Source: Thalia democratica
Taxonomy: Eukaryota
Length of the DNA stretch: 64,000 bases
Direction of reading: 5' to 3'
Assembly (NCBI GenBank): GCA_965202585.1
Contig: OZ241834.1
Span: forward strand, 27,094,001-27,158,000
Shown: positions 9,891-24,800 of the stretch, piece after piece
Position numbering within the stretch: the first letter of the stretch is position 1
Layout of the letters: each line of letters opens with the position of its first letter
Translations under genes and position numbers: made by a program
Notes under the pieces: model-generated
Databases searched by the model: none
What the model was told of the DNA's origin: nothing
What the model saw: the letters and a program-made list of their open reading frames with translations, nothing else

Positions 9891-12800
9891 CTGTGCGAGA
9901 GAATATATTTTTTTGTACAGGTTGTTGGAATATCAAGCTCAGATTACAAGCAAAAATGGCATACAAATTATAGATATTGTTGAAATATTTAAAGCTTTAA
10001 ATTTAAAAAGCAAACGAAAGAGGCAAAAAAATGTTTAGTTAAACTATCTCCTCTACAGGTATTAAGCAATGTTTTTCCTACTTTTTAAGTCTTTTTTTAA
10101 ATTAATATTAAACAGTTATTATAAAAAGAATATACATATTGATTATAAATATCTATTTTTTTGTTAAATACTATTGTTAAATTAACTTATTACATGTATT
10201 TAAAATTTACTAAACCTATGATAAAATGCAGATCCTAGTAAAAAAAAGTGCAGATCAGTTGAACACTTAAACTTAGTTCCAAAAACTATTTGAAACTTAA
10301 AAACAAACCATTTATACAACAACTCACCTTTCCTAGTAAGAAATGGACGGTGCTCTCGGTGGGGGCGATGTTGATCAGTTGCTTGAGCTCGTTCAAGGCG
10401 CCCTCGAAGTTGTTCAGCGCGTACAGAATGGTGGACTTGGTGAACTTGCACAGCGCGTTCTTCGGCTCCACCCGCATCGCCACGTCCAATAATTCCAACG
10501 CGAGTTCCAACTTGTTCTGGTTCTGATAGGCCACCGCTGTTGACAAGAAATTTGAATGAAGTTGTAATGAAATTAACATAAACTGTTACAGAGTTTGTTA
10601 CTCGACAAATGTTTCACGTTTGCACGATGATCACAAGTTATTAACTAATAACTAGTATTATTTAATTTAAAAGGATTAGATTTAAATTTTAATTTGTTCT
10701 GGTTCTGGTATGCCACCGCTGTTGAGAAGAATTTAGGATAAAATTGTAACGAAATTAAAAACAAACTGTTATTGAGTTTATTACTTGACAAATGCTTCAC
10801 GTTTGCAAACGATGACCACAAGTTATTAACTAATAACTAGTATTATTTATTTAAAACATGATTAAATTTAAATTTCAATTTGTTCTGTTTTGGTATGTCA
10901 CAGCTGTGAGTTGGAAGGTCGTTAATGAAGACATAACTATGAACCTATACAATTTTTAATTTAATTCATCATAATCGAAACAGGTAGCTACAATATTTTA
11001 GTTGTAGATTAATACAAAATAAGCTGGGCTCAGGGTAGGTTGTAAATCACAACGTGTTGAAAAATAAAATGAAAGAACAATTTTAAAACGGTCTGATGAG
11101 AAATCTAATAACAATAGCTGGACTTGTAGAACTTTATTGACACAATTAAAATATCACTTCTAAATTGTCACGGTAAGGATAAAAACTTTCTGCCTACCAA
11201 AGTAAAAAAATGGATGAATTATTATTACCTGTAAAAATACTTGAAAAAGTATCTAAAAGTTTTAATTATCATTACATGTAGAACTATGTTAAGATTATTT
11301 GTATGTTGTTGTTAAATAAAACAGTAAAATTATACTTCTGGCTATCACTGTTAAAAAAAATAGTTTTAGAGTTTGTTTAATAGTATTTGAAAAAAACTAC
11401 TACAAATCAACTAAAAAAGTGTGACAGTTTATTGTAATTTAAATAAATTTGAGTACAAGACAAAAATAAAAGTAAAAAGTTTAAAATTTAAATTAATTGG
11501 ACTGTGAACTTTGAAAGTTAAGTAAAGCATATAAAATTAATTTGGAAAAATCTATTCATAGTTTAAAAAGTTCATAGTTTAGTAAAAGCTAAAATGATGT
11601 GATTTCAAGAAACGTTTTCTTATAAAACTATAAAAGAATGTAACTATAAACAGGGTTGCCACTCATTTTACAAAAAAAAAATTTCCAGGTTTTCCAAATT
11701 TCTTCCAGGTTTTTAAAAGTATACTTTTTTGGGTATATTTATATTTTAAAGTTAAGTTAAAGGTGAAACTGTGTTAAAACTGTAAAAAAAAAAATTGAAA
11801 AAATACTTTTAAGTACTGTAAAGCTACTTTATATTTATTTTTTAATAAAAAAAACATTTTGATGATAACAAATTTTTATTATTTATATGATAGATATTTT
11901 GAGTCAAATCGAAATTTTGCTACTAAATATGTGAAAAATGTCAAAATTCTAGGTTTTTTTAGTGATTTTTGTTTAAAATTCCAGGTTTTGCCAGGTTTCC
12001 AGGTAAAGTGGCAACCCTGTATAAAACTAGGAAATATTCTAATTTAATTATTTCAAAAGGCAGATCTTTTAAAAGCAAATTTCTCCGAACAACTTACAAC
12101 ATTTTTTTATAAAAATTGCAATTTATTATATCTACATGCCCTTTAGCTAAAAAGGTCATTTTAATGTAGTTTTATTAAATATAAAAACTTTGCTCTAGCT
12201 ATATTAAAACAATAATTATCTACTCTTAGGAATTTTAAAAGTACTTTATTAATCTGATTTTTTTTGGGAAAAAAATTATCACAAGTTTACTATTAGTGTA
12301 ATATATATAAAGTATAACAGCTTTAAAACAAAACTGTCATTCAAGTAAAACACTTTTCTTTAATGCAACTAAATACAGAATAAAATTGCACATTTATGCA
12401 ACCGAATGTGAATAAAAATTCCAAAAGCTTACAAGTACTGTTGTGCAGACCGCAACAATAAATTGGTGAAATTTCTATCTTAATTAGAGGTTTGTGAATT
12501 GCTAAATTGCTAGTAACATACTGAAACTGTTAATAGAAACACGTTAGATCTGGAGAAAATGACAATTAAAGTTTAAAAACTACACATTATATGTATGAGT
12601 TGCACGTATTTTCCATAAAACATTTAATTATCGTTAGTTACAAAGTTTAAAACAGCTTCTGATAAAATCAACAAGTTATTCTGTTATTTAAACAAACAAA
12701 ACTAATTTCACGGTTAAATAATACTAATAAGCAGAGAGAAAAATAATAAAAACACAAAATAATTAAAAATAACAATATTATTTGCTTAAGTAATCTTTGA

Positions 12801-15800
12801 TTATTGTCGTTTTATATTTTGTTGTGAAAAAATGTGTAACTTTTTGCACAAAGCATTATAAGAAAAACAAAAGTTTTCTGTGCACGACTTTAGTAAAAGT
12901 GCCCCAGAGAAAATAAAAACGAATTTAAAACATTTAAAACAAAATAAAACCGCATATGTGTTTGAAATGTAACACTTTCTATTTCGCAATCAGGAAACAA
13001 GTTGGAATTTGAAAAAATATATATAAAGGTAAATTTTTACAACATACAACCGTATAACAGTTATATGTATATATATGAACGATTTATGTTTCTTGTCAGA
13101 AATTTATTTCTCAATTACTTAAGGTTCTACCTAAATACAGTTAACAGTATGGTTCTTAAAAGAAAATAAATTAAAGCCATGAAAAAAAATTCTGTACAAT
13201 TTTGGACAAAAAAATTTTAATCTAAGAGAGCTAATAAAAATATTGCCTAATTGCTATTTAAAAAATAGCTAATTAAAATTATAAACAAATTTTACAGTTT
13301 TTAAAAGGTAAAACAAAATACTTAAATTTTGCATTATTATTTTTATCACAGTATAAAATTTAATTAAAAAATTTTTTTTTTTTCAAGTAACAATGAATTT
13401 TAAAATTATTCATATTATTAAAAAACACTAAAAGTTTGGTTAAAAAAAATAATAAAGAAATTTATTATTATAAAATATATGCTTTGAATAAATAAAATTA
13501 ACATTTGAGCAAGAGCTCTTTATCATAAGATTAATTTCTTAAACTTATTCTTTATGCAAAAAAAAAAACAGACTTCTTGTTTAAAGTGATAGAAAAAATT
13601 TCAAAATACATGTTCATTAAAAAGATCTATTTTTAAATTTAAAATTAACTTATTCTGGAATGAAAAGTGTTTTAAAATCTACCTGTAAAAACTGTATAAG
13701 TTGGTAAAACTTTTATCATAATATCATAAAGATACATAAAAAAATTGTATACTTTGTATACTTATAACCAGCATTTTACAAAAAAAAAAACACACAACTA
13801 GTTATGTAAAGGTTTTACATAAGTTAAAATAAAATTGACAAGGAAAATATTATTTAAAGTTTGCTCAACTACAAGTTAAGTATAATAAACTTGTAGTAAA
13901 ATAAGATTTTTTGTTTGCATTAATAGAAAAACTTTTTTGTTCAAAAAATTCGATTTAAAATCTATTGAAACTTCTAAAAACAAATTTATTTACATCACAA
14001 AAACATATACATTACAAATTAAACAAAGAACAATTGTGCTTTTGGCTAAACTTTACTCGAAATAAGAAAATTCTTTAATTGTAATAAAATAAAAAATGGT
14101 AATAAACAAAAACTAAATTTTATAGAAATTTAACTAATTATTAAAATTCTTTATAACTTAAGGTATCAAATAACAAACATATAATCAGTTTGATTTTTGC
14201 TTATAAATGTTTTTTTAGTAATCAATTTTGATTCTGTAAAAGTTATGAAAAAAGCATTTCATAATACTACTTTTTAAATTATAATAAAAAACTTATGAAG
14301 TTTTAGTCAAATCTATTAAAGCATTACAAAAGTTTATAGAAAAAAAATTCATTTACAAATTTTAATCAAAGAGCTTTGTTGACAAATATTGCATATGAAT
14401 CAAAATCAAAACTCGTGAGTAATTCTTTTTCTTTTCTGTGTGAAGTTTTCACTTGAGAGTAACTAAAGTTTAAACTACCTTTTATTATCAGTATTAGCTA
14501 CAATAACACATTATTAATCATACCATTAAAAATTATCACATCAGTCAAAAAATTTTAACATGTAAAAGAGGTTTTGCAAAAACAAGGCATTACATTTTGT
14601 GTTTCAAACTTCTGCATTTTTAAACATAACAATTCATTATAATACTGTATGCAAGAGTTATTGTGCGGAAACGACAACCAAATATGATTTGAATTACTAA
14701 TAGAATAAATTCTGTTTTTGTAAAGTTGAATATTTACAGTATGTTGTAGAAATATTAAGAAAAGTCTTACATATAAACTCTAGTCGAAAAACATTAGAAC
14801 ACAACTACAAACCTAATTTCTGACAATTACCAACACCTTTTCACCTTGACCCATAAAACATACACCATGCATGATGATTTACTAAGTATTTAATACATGT
14901 TCCTTATAAAAGAAGATTATCTTTAAATTGTCATCAACCGTTATAAAATATTTTCAAAAATAGTTTTATGAACGAATGATTGAATACTTTTATTACTTAG
15001 TGTTTAATACAGCTTTACTACAAAGTCGTTAGTATTATACACTTCTGAAAAAACACTAGATAAGTAGAGAGTATAAGGAAAATACATGTATAGCCTTTTT
15101 CATTTTCATGCCATACAGAAGAAGACAAAACTGAAAGTTTTAAAAACTCATCATACATAATTTTAACCTTTTGTACGAACAATTGAAAGGAAACACCGAC
15201 TTTTAATTTAGAAACTATGGTTCAACTTATCTTAAATTTTGAAAAACCAAAACAAATAAAAAACAAACCTTTATGGCACATGAGAGTAGGACTGCTACCG
15301 TGTATGTCGAGAGCCTTGTCCAGAAACTGTTCTGCTTTGCTGAAATCTTCTGATTTCGTGTGGATCACGCTCATTCCGTACCTACGGTGTTAGAATTATA
15401 ATTGTTAATTTAATTTTGTGTAGAATCATAATTAATAATAATTATATTATTAAGTCAGTTTTGAAAAATTATCTAAAAAGTTATTTTAAAATCAGAAGCA
15501 TATTTTAGACCACTTTTATTAAAAATAGTAGAGTTTGTAAATGTAATTTTGACATGAAAAAGCATTTTAAAGATTTACTTATTATTACAGTAGTTTTTGA
15601 TTAAATAATATCATACTTGTTTTTAACATGTACATTAAACTAGTAAAAAGTTCAGCTTTGAAGTATTACTAAACTAATACATAGTAAACCGAAACTAAAA
15701 CCCTTACTAGGCTTAATAGTTGTAATTTTTACTACAAATACACCTTACACTTTTCGCACAAAATACCATTCCAGCTTCCAAATATTGTAAATATGGCACA

Positions 15801-18800
15801 AAACTAGAAAATTTCGATAGTTAACGGTTTTTTGGCACCCCTTCAAATTTTTTGAACTTATAAACAAACAACCCTCACCAGGCCTTGTAGTTGTTAAAGT
15901 GATTTTTGTTCAAAATTCCTGTTTTCCTCAGATTTTTTCAAGATTTCTCAAATTCCATGTTCTTCAAGGTTATTTCTGCCTAAAATGTCAAATTCCAGGT
16001 TGTTCCAGGATTTTTAGCACCCCTAGAAGTATTACTAATTTTAACTTTCAAAAAAAAACAAGCTTCACCATGTTTTGTAGTTGTTTAGGTGATTTATGTT
16101 CAAAATTTCAGTTTTTTCCAGCTTTTGATTTATTTGTATTTCTTCAAATTTAAGGTTTTTCAAGGCTTTTTTTTGCCGGAATTGCCTAACTCTCGGTTTT
16201 CCAGGTTTGTTAGCAGCCCTTTGAAGTACCACTAAACTTATAATAAAAACAAAACAATCCTCACCAGGCCTTGTAGTTGTTGGTGTCCACCCTGCTGGCG
16301 GTCTCGAAGGCGGCCATGGCGCGGTCGTGGTCCTCAACCACGCGGTACTCGTGGCCCAGTAGGGTGTACGCGTACGTGTGGTGCGGGTCCAATTGCACCG
16401 CCCTCTTCAGGAACTTTATGGCGGTGGGGTTTTCCCTTTGTAATGAAAAGCAGTTGCCGATGACGCACCACGTCTGTTTTTGAATAAATGTTAAATCTAG
16501 CGGTTGTTGTTGAGTGTTTAACATAAGAAATCGCATCTGATATTTTTTTCGAAACACATTTAAATAATAAATGAGCTAAAAATATATTTATCTATAATAA
16601 AAAGTCTCTGGCCCATAAAGTAAAATTCAAAAAACTACAGTAATGTAGTTATTTTTATTAACCTTAAAAACTTATCAAATAATGTTTAAATTAAAAAATT
16701 AATGAAATATATTTGTTAATTAAATTTAAGTAACAACTAAAAACTTAAAATGAGAATTATTTTAAACCAACTAACAATACCAAGTGAAGATCAGGAAAGT
16801 AGTAATCAAGTAAGCTGATGAGCAAAATAAAACTTGAATTACTACTGAAAACTTTTTTATCAGTCTTATTGAAAATATGAGAACTATTATAGTTCAACAA
16901 TTAACAAAATACCTCGGCAGAGTTAATTATTGCAAACATTTTACTATTCTAAAACATTAAAAAACTAAACAGACATATATAAAAAATAAACCAGATATGA
17001 AAATAATTTTATAAGCAAATAATACCTCAGCGGAGTGCGGGTCGGTATCGTGGAGCTGAGTGGCGAGAGTGGACAGCGCGTACTGTTCGTTCAACTGCCA
17101 CAAGCAGGAACTGTAGACCGCCATCCCCTCCAAGTGGTACGGATGCTTGCTCCTCAGCTCTTCAAAGTGCTTCTTCGACTGTTTATATTTAATCATTCGT
17201 AATTGTTATTTACAGTTATTTAATCTATTTTTTTAATTTGTTAAGTTTTTGTTTGAAATATTTAACAAAAAAATATTTTGCTCCTCAGCTCTACAAAGTG
17301 CTTCTTTGACTGTTTTGTTTGTTTGAATTAATAGTTTTTTTTTTAAGCTGTTTAATATTTTTTTATTATAAAATTATTGATTTTATACAATTGATTAACT
17401 TTTGTCTACAGTCTTTACAAAAAAAAATAGCTAGAAAGACTCGGCTAATTATATTTGTTTGTTTAAATTAATTGTTTTTTTGTTAGTTGTTTAACACTTT
17501 TTTTATTATAAAATTGCTGATTTTCTACAACTCATAATCTGTTGTACACAACCTTTACATAAAACTAATCAAAAAGGTTCGACTTTTTATATCTGTTTGT
17601 TTTTTCAGCTCTTCAAAGTGCTTCTTAGACTATGTTTGTATTTGTTTGTTTATGTTAGTTTTTTTTTGTATATATTTAATTTATTAATAATAAATTGCTG
17701 ATTGTGTGCAACTGATTAAATTTTTTCTACAGTCTTTACAAAATAAAAATAGCTAGAAAGGCAGGCTAATTATACTTGCTTGTTTTATTTAATTGTTTTT
17801 TGATGTATTAAATTAACCACTGTTGGCAAATTACTGTGTAAAACAAAAATAAAACACAAAAAAAAATTTTTATAGTTTCTTTTTACTATTAACTTTATTC
17901 AAGTAAAAATTTTACATGTATTTTAGTTCATTACTTGTTTAATGTTTAAAATTTCATGACTAATAAAAAATTACTGGTTATTTTTCAAAAGCTATTTTTA
18001 TCCTCAAAATATCTCAGTTTTATCAACACTTGTGAAAACAATATAAACTGTCAGATTCTTTACAACCGTGTAATTTTGATGAAATTAAACAGTTTGTCTT
18101 GAAGGTTTACAAAATACGTTTTTAAATGAAAAGTTTTATTTTAAACGCTTGTTTATTTTGGTATTTATAAATAATTTAAAACTGCATTAAAATAATACAC
18201 CTTAAAAACATACTCAATACTAATAAACTATTTTACTCTAACTTATTTTGAAATATACTTCATGAAAAAAAAAATAAATATATCAAAAAAATATTGAACT
18301 TTTTTTGTATAGTACATAAGTTTGCAGTGAAAAACTAGTTTGAAAAACATAGTTTTTTAATAAAGCAACTTTATTGTTGATTAATTACTCAAAATTTATT
18401 AACTAAAGACGTAAGGTTCTTAATTTCATGAAGTTTTTTAAGAAAAAATATCATATAAAGGTAAAACAAAACACCAGTCAAAAATTAAATACTACATAAT
18501 AATATCTCAGGTATACAATTTCAATCTGATCAAATACGTTTAAGAGATAATTTAAAGAGATAAAATAAACTTTTCAAAAGCTCATTTTGTACAAACTACT
18601 GTAAAATATTATGTTGAATATTATATTATATTATGTTGACATTTAAGATGAAAGTATGTGCGTTTAGTTATTTGGTCCTTAAAATTAAAATTTTTATGTA
18701 ATATAGACAAAATAAAAATAACCCTATTTCGATAATACTCATATATAAATATACATTTCAAAACTTAGACATAGTTTAGTTAATTGCTTTATCAAATTAA

Positions 18801-21800
18801 TTTTTTTCGATTATCTTTAATATTAGCAAAGAAAGTTTAGGAGTAAAATTTTTGAAATGACACAATCTAAATTTTTCAATGTAACTTGATTTTTTCAGAT
18901 TTTTAAACTGTTTAAGATATGTAAAACTACTTTATAAACAAAACAAATAACTTCAAACAATTTAAGATCCTACACAATTCTTGTGATACACAATACTTTA
19001 CATACAACTCAGAAACAAGTGATAGAGATTGAAACAAGCTTATTAATAAAATGTCTTCATTGCCTATAATTTCAAATTATCCGATTTTTGAAAACGAGGT
19101 ATTCAATTAAAATAAATCATAAAATATTTGATTCTCTGATGGTTTACCTACTTAAGTTCATTTAAAGTGCATTTTTGGTAGTTTATACTTATCTAGATAA
19201 ACTTTATTTTTCATGAAGTTTACCAAACAACTTTTCATTCAATTAAAAAGTCTTTTAAAATACCAACTACTAAATTAAACTACTTGAAACTTCAATTAGA
19301 TTAAAATACATTGCTTGTGGAAATGACTTCAAATTTAAACCAACTGGGAAGCAGAAGTGTATACAAAAATACAGTTTTAATATTTTAAAATTCTTAATAA
19401 TATCATAAAACCTATAATATTATTTCATTACTTTTAACACAGATAAAAAATTTAAATAAATAGTAATATAGATTCTTTGTGGTTAAATTTAAACCAACTG
19501 GGAAGCAGAAGTGTATACAAAAATACAGTTTTAATATTTTAAAATTCTTAATAATATTATTTCATTACTTTTAACACAGATAAAAAATTTAAATAAATAG
19601 TAATATAGATTCTTTGTGGTTAAATAAACCTTAAAACAAAAGTACAATTTAAACAATAACTTGTATTTTTGGTAACACCTATAGAAAAGTTTTTGAATGT
19701 TATACAGTTAAAAGACTTAAAATGGGAAATATTGTAACTTAATTTGTATGATTTTTCTTTACTATAAATACTAATACTTTCCAAAAAAACATGAAAGTTA
19801 AAACCTTTTTTGACCATTAAAAAAGCCTGCATTTACTATTTTGACCTTCAGTATCTATAACTGTTTGTGTAAATTTTTTTGTAAACTTATATTTAGTTTT
19901 AAATTAAAAATTATAAAAACTACAATGTTTTTTTAAATTGTAAAAAAATCATTTCTTTGTGAATATTCTACAAGTTTTTGATTTTTAAACACCTTTATAA
20001 ACAACTATTGTGTTTTTTTAAAATTTATAAGAACGGCAGTGTAAGATAAGCCGTTCTTTAAAATCCAATAACAAGAACTTAACGGTATAACAATTTATAA
20101 GACAATGAGTAAAAAAAGCCCAGTTAGTTTAATACATGTAAACATTTTCTTAAACTGAACCTTAAAGCAAACGAAAAAAACCAGACTTTAAAGCCCGTAA
20201 AAGTAAATTGTTTGCCTTGGCAAAGCTCTTACTTATTAAAAACCTATCAAATACCAAGCTTGCTTGCATTTTATTCATTCTCACCTTGGCGAAGCTGTTG
20301 ATTTCGAAGTAGGCGGTGGCTTTGAGCAGTATGACGTAATAGTGGTCCTGGTACTTGTCAGGTATGTCCTGCAGGTAGTCCAGCACCTTCTTGCACTCGA
20401 AGCGGGACATGGCGCGGGTGGCGTGCGCTATCTGCCGCATTATCAGCATCATCGAGTCTGTAAACAATGTAATAATTAAGTACAAAAAATAAAAAATAAC
20501 TTCCAAGAAACTGTTTACAGTTGACCACCAAGAATATATTTATCAGCATCATCGAGTCTGTTTGATTAAATAATAAACATAAAAAAACGTAAAAAAATCA
20601 AAAATAACTTCCAAGAAACTGTTCACAGTTGACCACCGTAGAAAATAATTTTTTTTAAGCAAAACACAACTTTGATTATTAATTAAGTGCGCTATCTGCC
20701 GCATTATCAGCATCATCGAGTCTGTTTGGTTTGAGAATAGAATAAAATGCAAATAAAAATTGTTTGAAAACAGCCGCTCGATATCAGAGAAACTGAGCAC
20801 ATTTGATCACAGAAGAAATTTTTTGTGCAAACTAATACATTAATTCTTTGTTGAGTACTTTTGTGTAGAAAAACACTTTTACCCACATTTTAAGAAAAAT
20901 GATAGTTTATAAACTTTTTTTTTTAAATAGAACTACTTCTTTCATCTATTTTGAACACGCACTCTTGCAAAGCAAAATTAATTTTACCAACTATTTAAGA
21001 AGCGATGGTTTATAAAAACTCTATTTTATTTTTAGTGAAAAACATCAAGTACAGAATTACAAAGAAAAAAGTAAATTGTTTAAAAAAGAATAATTTTTTA
21101 TCATTAATCAATTATACTATGTTTGGAATAAACTCACCTAAACAAGGTTTTTTGCAAGAGGTTCCGGATTCAGTGCTTGATTTCGAGTCGAGGTCAGTAT
21201 CGACTGAAAAAACAGTATTCTTTTTAATTTAGCAATCTAAATATAGAAAAAAATATTTAATTCCTTGGAATAAAAAAAATTAACAAAATTAAAAATTTTA
21301 TGATTTTTTTTAATTTGATGGTAATTTCACAGCTTGACCGTTAGTTTTTTATTAAAGAAACTTTTGGAAAAAAATTAATCTGTTAAAGCGTTAAAAATTT
21401 AAATAAAGAAGAAAAATTAATTTTGCTTAAAATTAACTTTTTTACAAGCAATATAGTCATGCTTCTAATCAACTTGAACTAAAAATCAGAAAACTCCACC
21501 AAACATGGGCTCCCTACATTAATTATTAAACAAAATAAATATTTCAAGGCCGTTTCCACGGGGCGTACCAACCTAGTTTTCGCTTTTTGCTTCTGATGGT
21601 AAACAGCACCTTACTAAATTGCACTCCTGGAGAAAATATTCGCGTGTGGCAGTCAGAATCAGTTAAGGTTGAAAGAAAAAAAAAACGACACCCAAAAATA
21701 TTTATTTACAAAAAAATAAGACCTATTAGGCAACCTAATCAAGAATATATATTTTTTTAAATCCTAATAAGTTACCATAAAATGTATCCATCTTAACAAG

Positions 21801-24800
21801 TCAACAATGTTTGCTGACGTTGTAAGAAATAACAATAAGCAGGCTTCAGCTGCAGTTTTCCACATTGAGCGTATTTAGCTTTAAAGTAAGGGTTGCCACT
21901 ACGTAAACAAAGTATAGCCTGAATCAGCCTGAATTCATAAAGAAATACTATTCTGACAAATTACTGTTGTTGAGCTTTTAAAAGAAAACATGAGAGTATT
22001 CGACTCAGTAAAAATGTCTACAGATACTAAACTTGTTGAAGTTGAAAAATTTATTTATTTAGAAAACTAAAAATTTTAGAATGATTCAATTGTTTTTATT
22101 TCAATTGTAAGTAACAACATAAAAGTAAGCGTCAGACTTAAATTCAAAAAAATTAACTACCTAGAGTTATTCTGAATTTTTTAAATGTGAGTTTTTAAAA
22201 GTAGTCTGAGTAAGTGGCAACCCTGAAAAAATTTAAAGCATTTTATTTAATTAAAAATAAGTTTTATTAATACTACGAAGGTTTAAAATTTTATATATAT
22301 ACTTAAGAAACCACAATGTGGTATAGACAAAAATAAATAAACGAGTTTATACTATTTTGTTAACTTTGAAATTAAAATTAAATTAATTTTCAAACATAAA
22401 AACTGCATCCAATTATAAACGAAAAAATGTAAGAAAAATTATTAAATAACAAATATTAAGTACTTGTAAACAAGGAAATTTTTATTGTAACTATTAAAAT
22501 GTTAATTTTTTAATTTTATTTCCTCTACAGATGATTAACAAAAACAGTCAAGACAAAACTTTCATAGTAAATTTTTGAAATTAAGTTCTATTCAATTTGT
22601 GTTGTTTAAAACTGAATTTAATTTTAACATTACATCATTTAAACAACTACAGTAAAATTTCTAACTATCTAGCTAGAATCAGAAATTAACTAGTATTAAT
22701 ACTAAAAAACATAAAACAATAACTAACCTGTTTTTGTACGTAAATTCCGACTACCTCTCAGTGCTATTGGATTTTTGCTTCGACTATTTTTGGAGTTTTC
22801 CTATAAAATAATGTCTTTGTAAAATAAGCTACCAAATGAGCTTAGTTCACAACATGAATCAATATAACTTCTAAAAGTTTATATCGAGTTTCTATTTAAA
22901 AAAAGGATTTTTTAATGATACTATTTGTTTATAACTGGTTTGCCAAATACATAAATAGAAGTTTCTTAAAAATGCCGTTTTAAATAGTTTTTGAATTTTA
23001 GAATCAAAGTTCACTGTAAATTTGTAATAAAGTCTTTACTATAAGATATTTTTTAATTTATCATATAAATTCAGAGACAACCTATTCAAGTTTGTAACCG
23101 TCTAAAAATATTCTGTAAGCTAAAACAATAATTCAACACATTTATGCCACAAATTATTTTTAGTAACAAGCTGTTACACTCAACAGACCAATTTATAGAC
23201 TTTTTAACACTAATATGATCATAATATTAACATTAAATTTTGATAGTTGAGTATTTCTTAAATTTGAGTACAATAATTAAATTTTGTGGCTTTTTATCAT
23301 CATGAGAAATGAAAAAAAAACTTGAAAAGTTATAATTACTGCAACTAAATTAAATACTTAATAAAAAAATAATAATTCGAAATTGCAAAATTAATAATGA
23401 GCTGTTATATTCACAGACAAGTTTCGAAACGTTTTAGTTTAAATAGTTCTAATATTTAAATATAAATATTTTAAATTAATCAAACTTAAGTTTAAAAAAC
23501 AAACTTTGTAGCTTCTTATCTATTTTATCATATTAAAAAACCCACAAACTTTTATTATTAAATACCACAGCAATTATATTATAAATTTAACTAAAAATTA
23601 ACAACTTTATTAAAAAACAAACTTTGTGGCTGGCAGCTGCGGATATTCTCTTGCTCCTCCTGAGGTCGATGCTCTCGTTGGGCGTGGACTGATAAATGTT
23701 GGGTTTCCCCGGAACCGAGTGCTTCGATCTCTCCATCACCCGCTTCGACTGCCTCGTCGGCACTTGAGGGTTCTGTGAACGATTGTTAAAAATATTCTTT
23801 GTATTTTTTGATAGCTTCGTGGAAGCTTCTTAAAGATGAGGTTATTTAGAAAATTTTAATAACTAAACAAATCTTTTTTAACTACTCAATTAACTTTTAT
23901 TATTTTCACCTTTACTAGTATTAAACTTTTACTTCTTTTTTTATTTAAACTTGGCTAATTCTTGTTTAGATACTTTAGTAGTAGTACAAAATTAAAATAG
24001 TTAAAAAAATAATCTAATGTTACACAAAGTTAGTTGTACTTATATCAAAAACTGTTACAAACTAATTTTTACACAACAAGACAACAAACTTAAATAAACT
24101 TTAAACTAAATTTTAATTTTATCATAAAAGTAATACAACATGAAAAAATCAACGAACTTTCTTGTAGAGCATTTTGGGCGGGTTTATTTGCGATGGGGCG
24201 TTTACTTCCGGGGTGACGTGGACCTCTGGCGTCTTCAAGTGGCCGATCCCGGATATTTGGTGGATAGTGGAGGAGGCAGGCGTTTGTGGCAACGGAGACA
24301 CACCGCTGATGCTGGATAAAATAATTATAAAATATTTATGCATGCAAAAAAGTTATAATAACTAACATATGTATTTTAATTATAATTAGTAAAGTTTCTA
24401 CAACACATGGATTTTAATTCTTATCAAGGTGGCCAAATGTATTTGAAAAAAATTTTCCAACATTTCTGAATTTATTATATGTTTTTAAAAGTACAATTTT
24501 TTTGGTCTTTTTTATTTTAAAATAAAGTTTAAGGTAAAATACTGTATCAAATTATATAACAACATTGAAAAGATACTATAAAGCAGTCTAAATGTGTTTT
24601 TAATAAAAACTTTGATAATGAAAAAAAAATCTATATAACAAATTTTTTCTGTCAAATAAAAATTTTACTACTTAACATGTAAAAATTGTTTAAAATTCCA
24701 GGTTTTTCAATGATTTTTGTTCAAAATTTCAGGTTATTTTTAAAATTTCTCAAATTACAGGTTTTTCTAGTTTTCTTTAGCCTTAATTGTCAAATTCCAG

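Noticed and set aside
9586-9973. 126-aa and 116-aa ORFs over the CDC27 3' end
   Set aside because: Wrong-frame and antisense readings of CDC27 exon 19; the real frame is VYLKIGQ...THA*.
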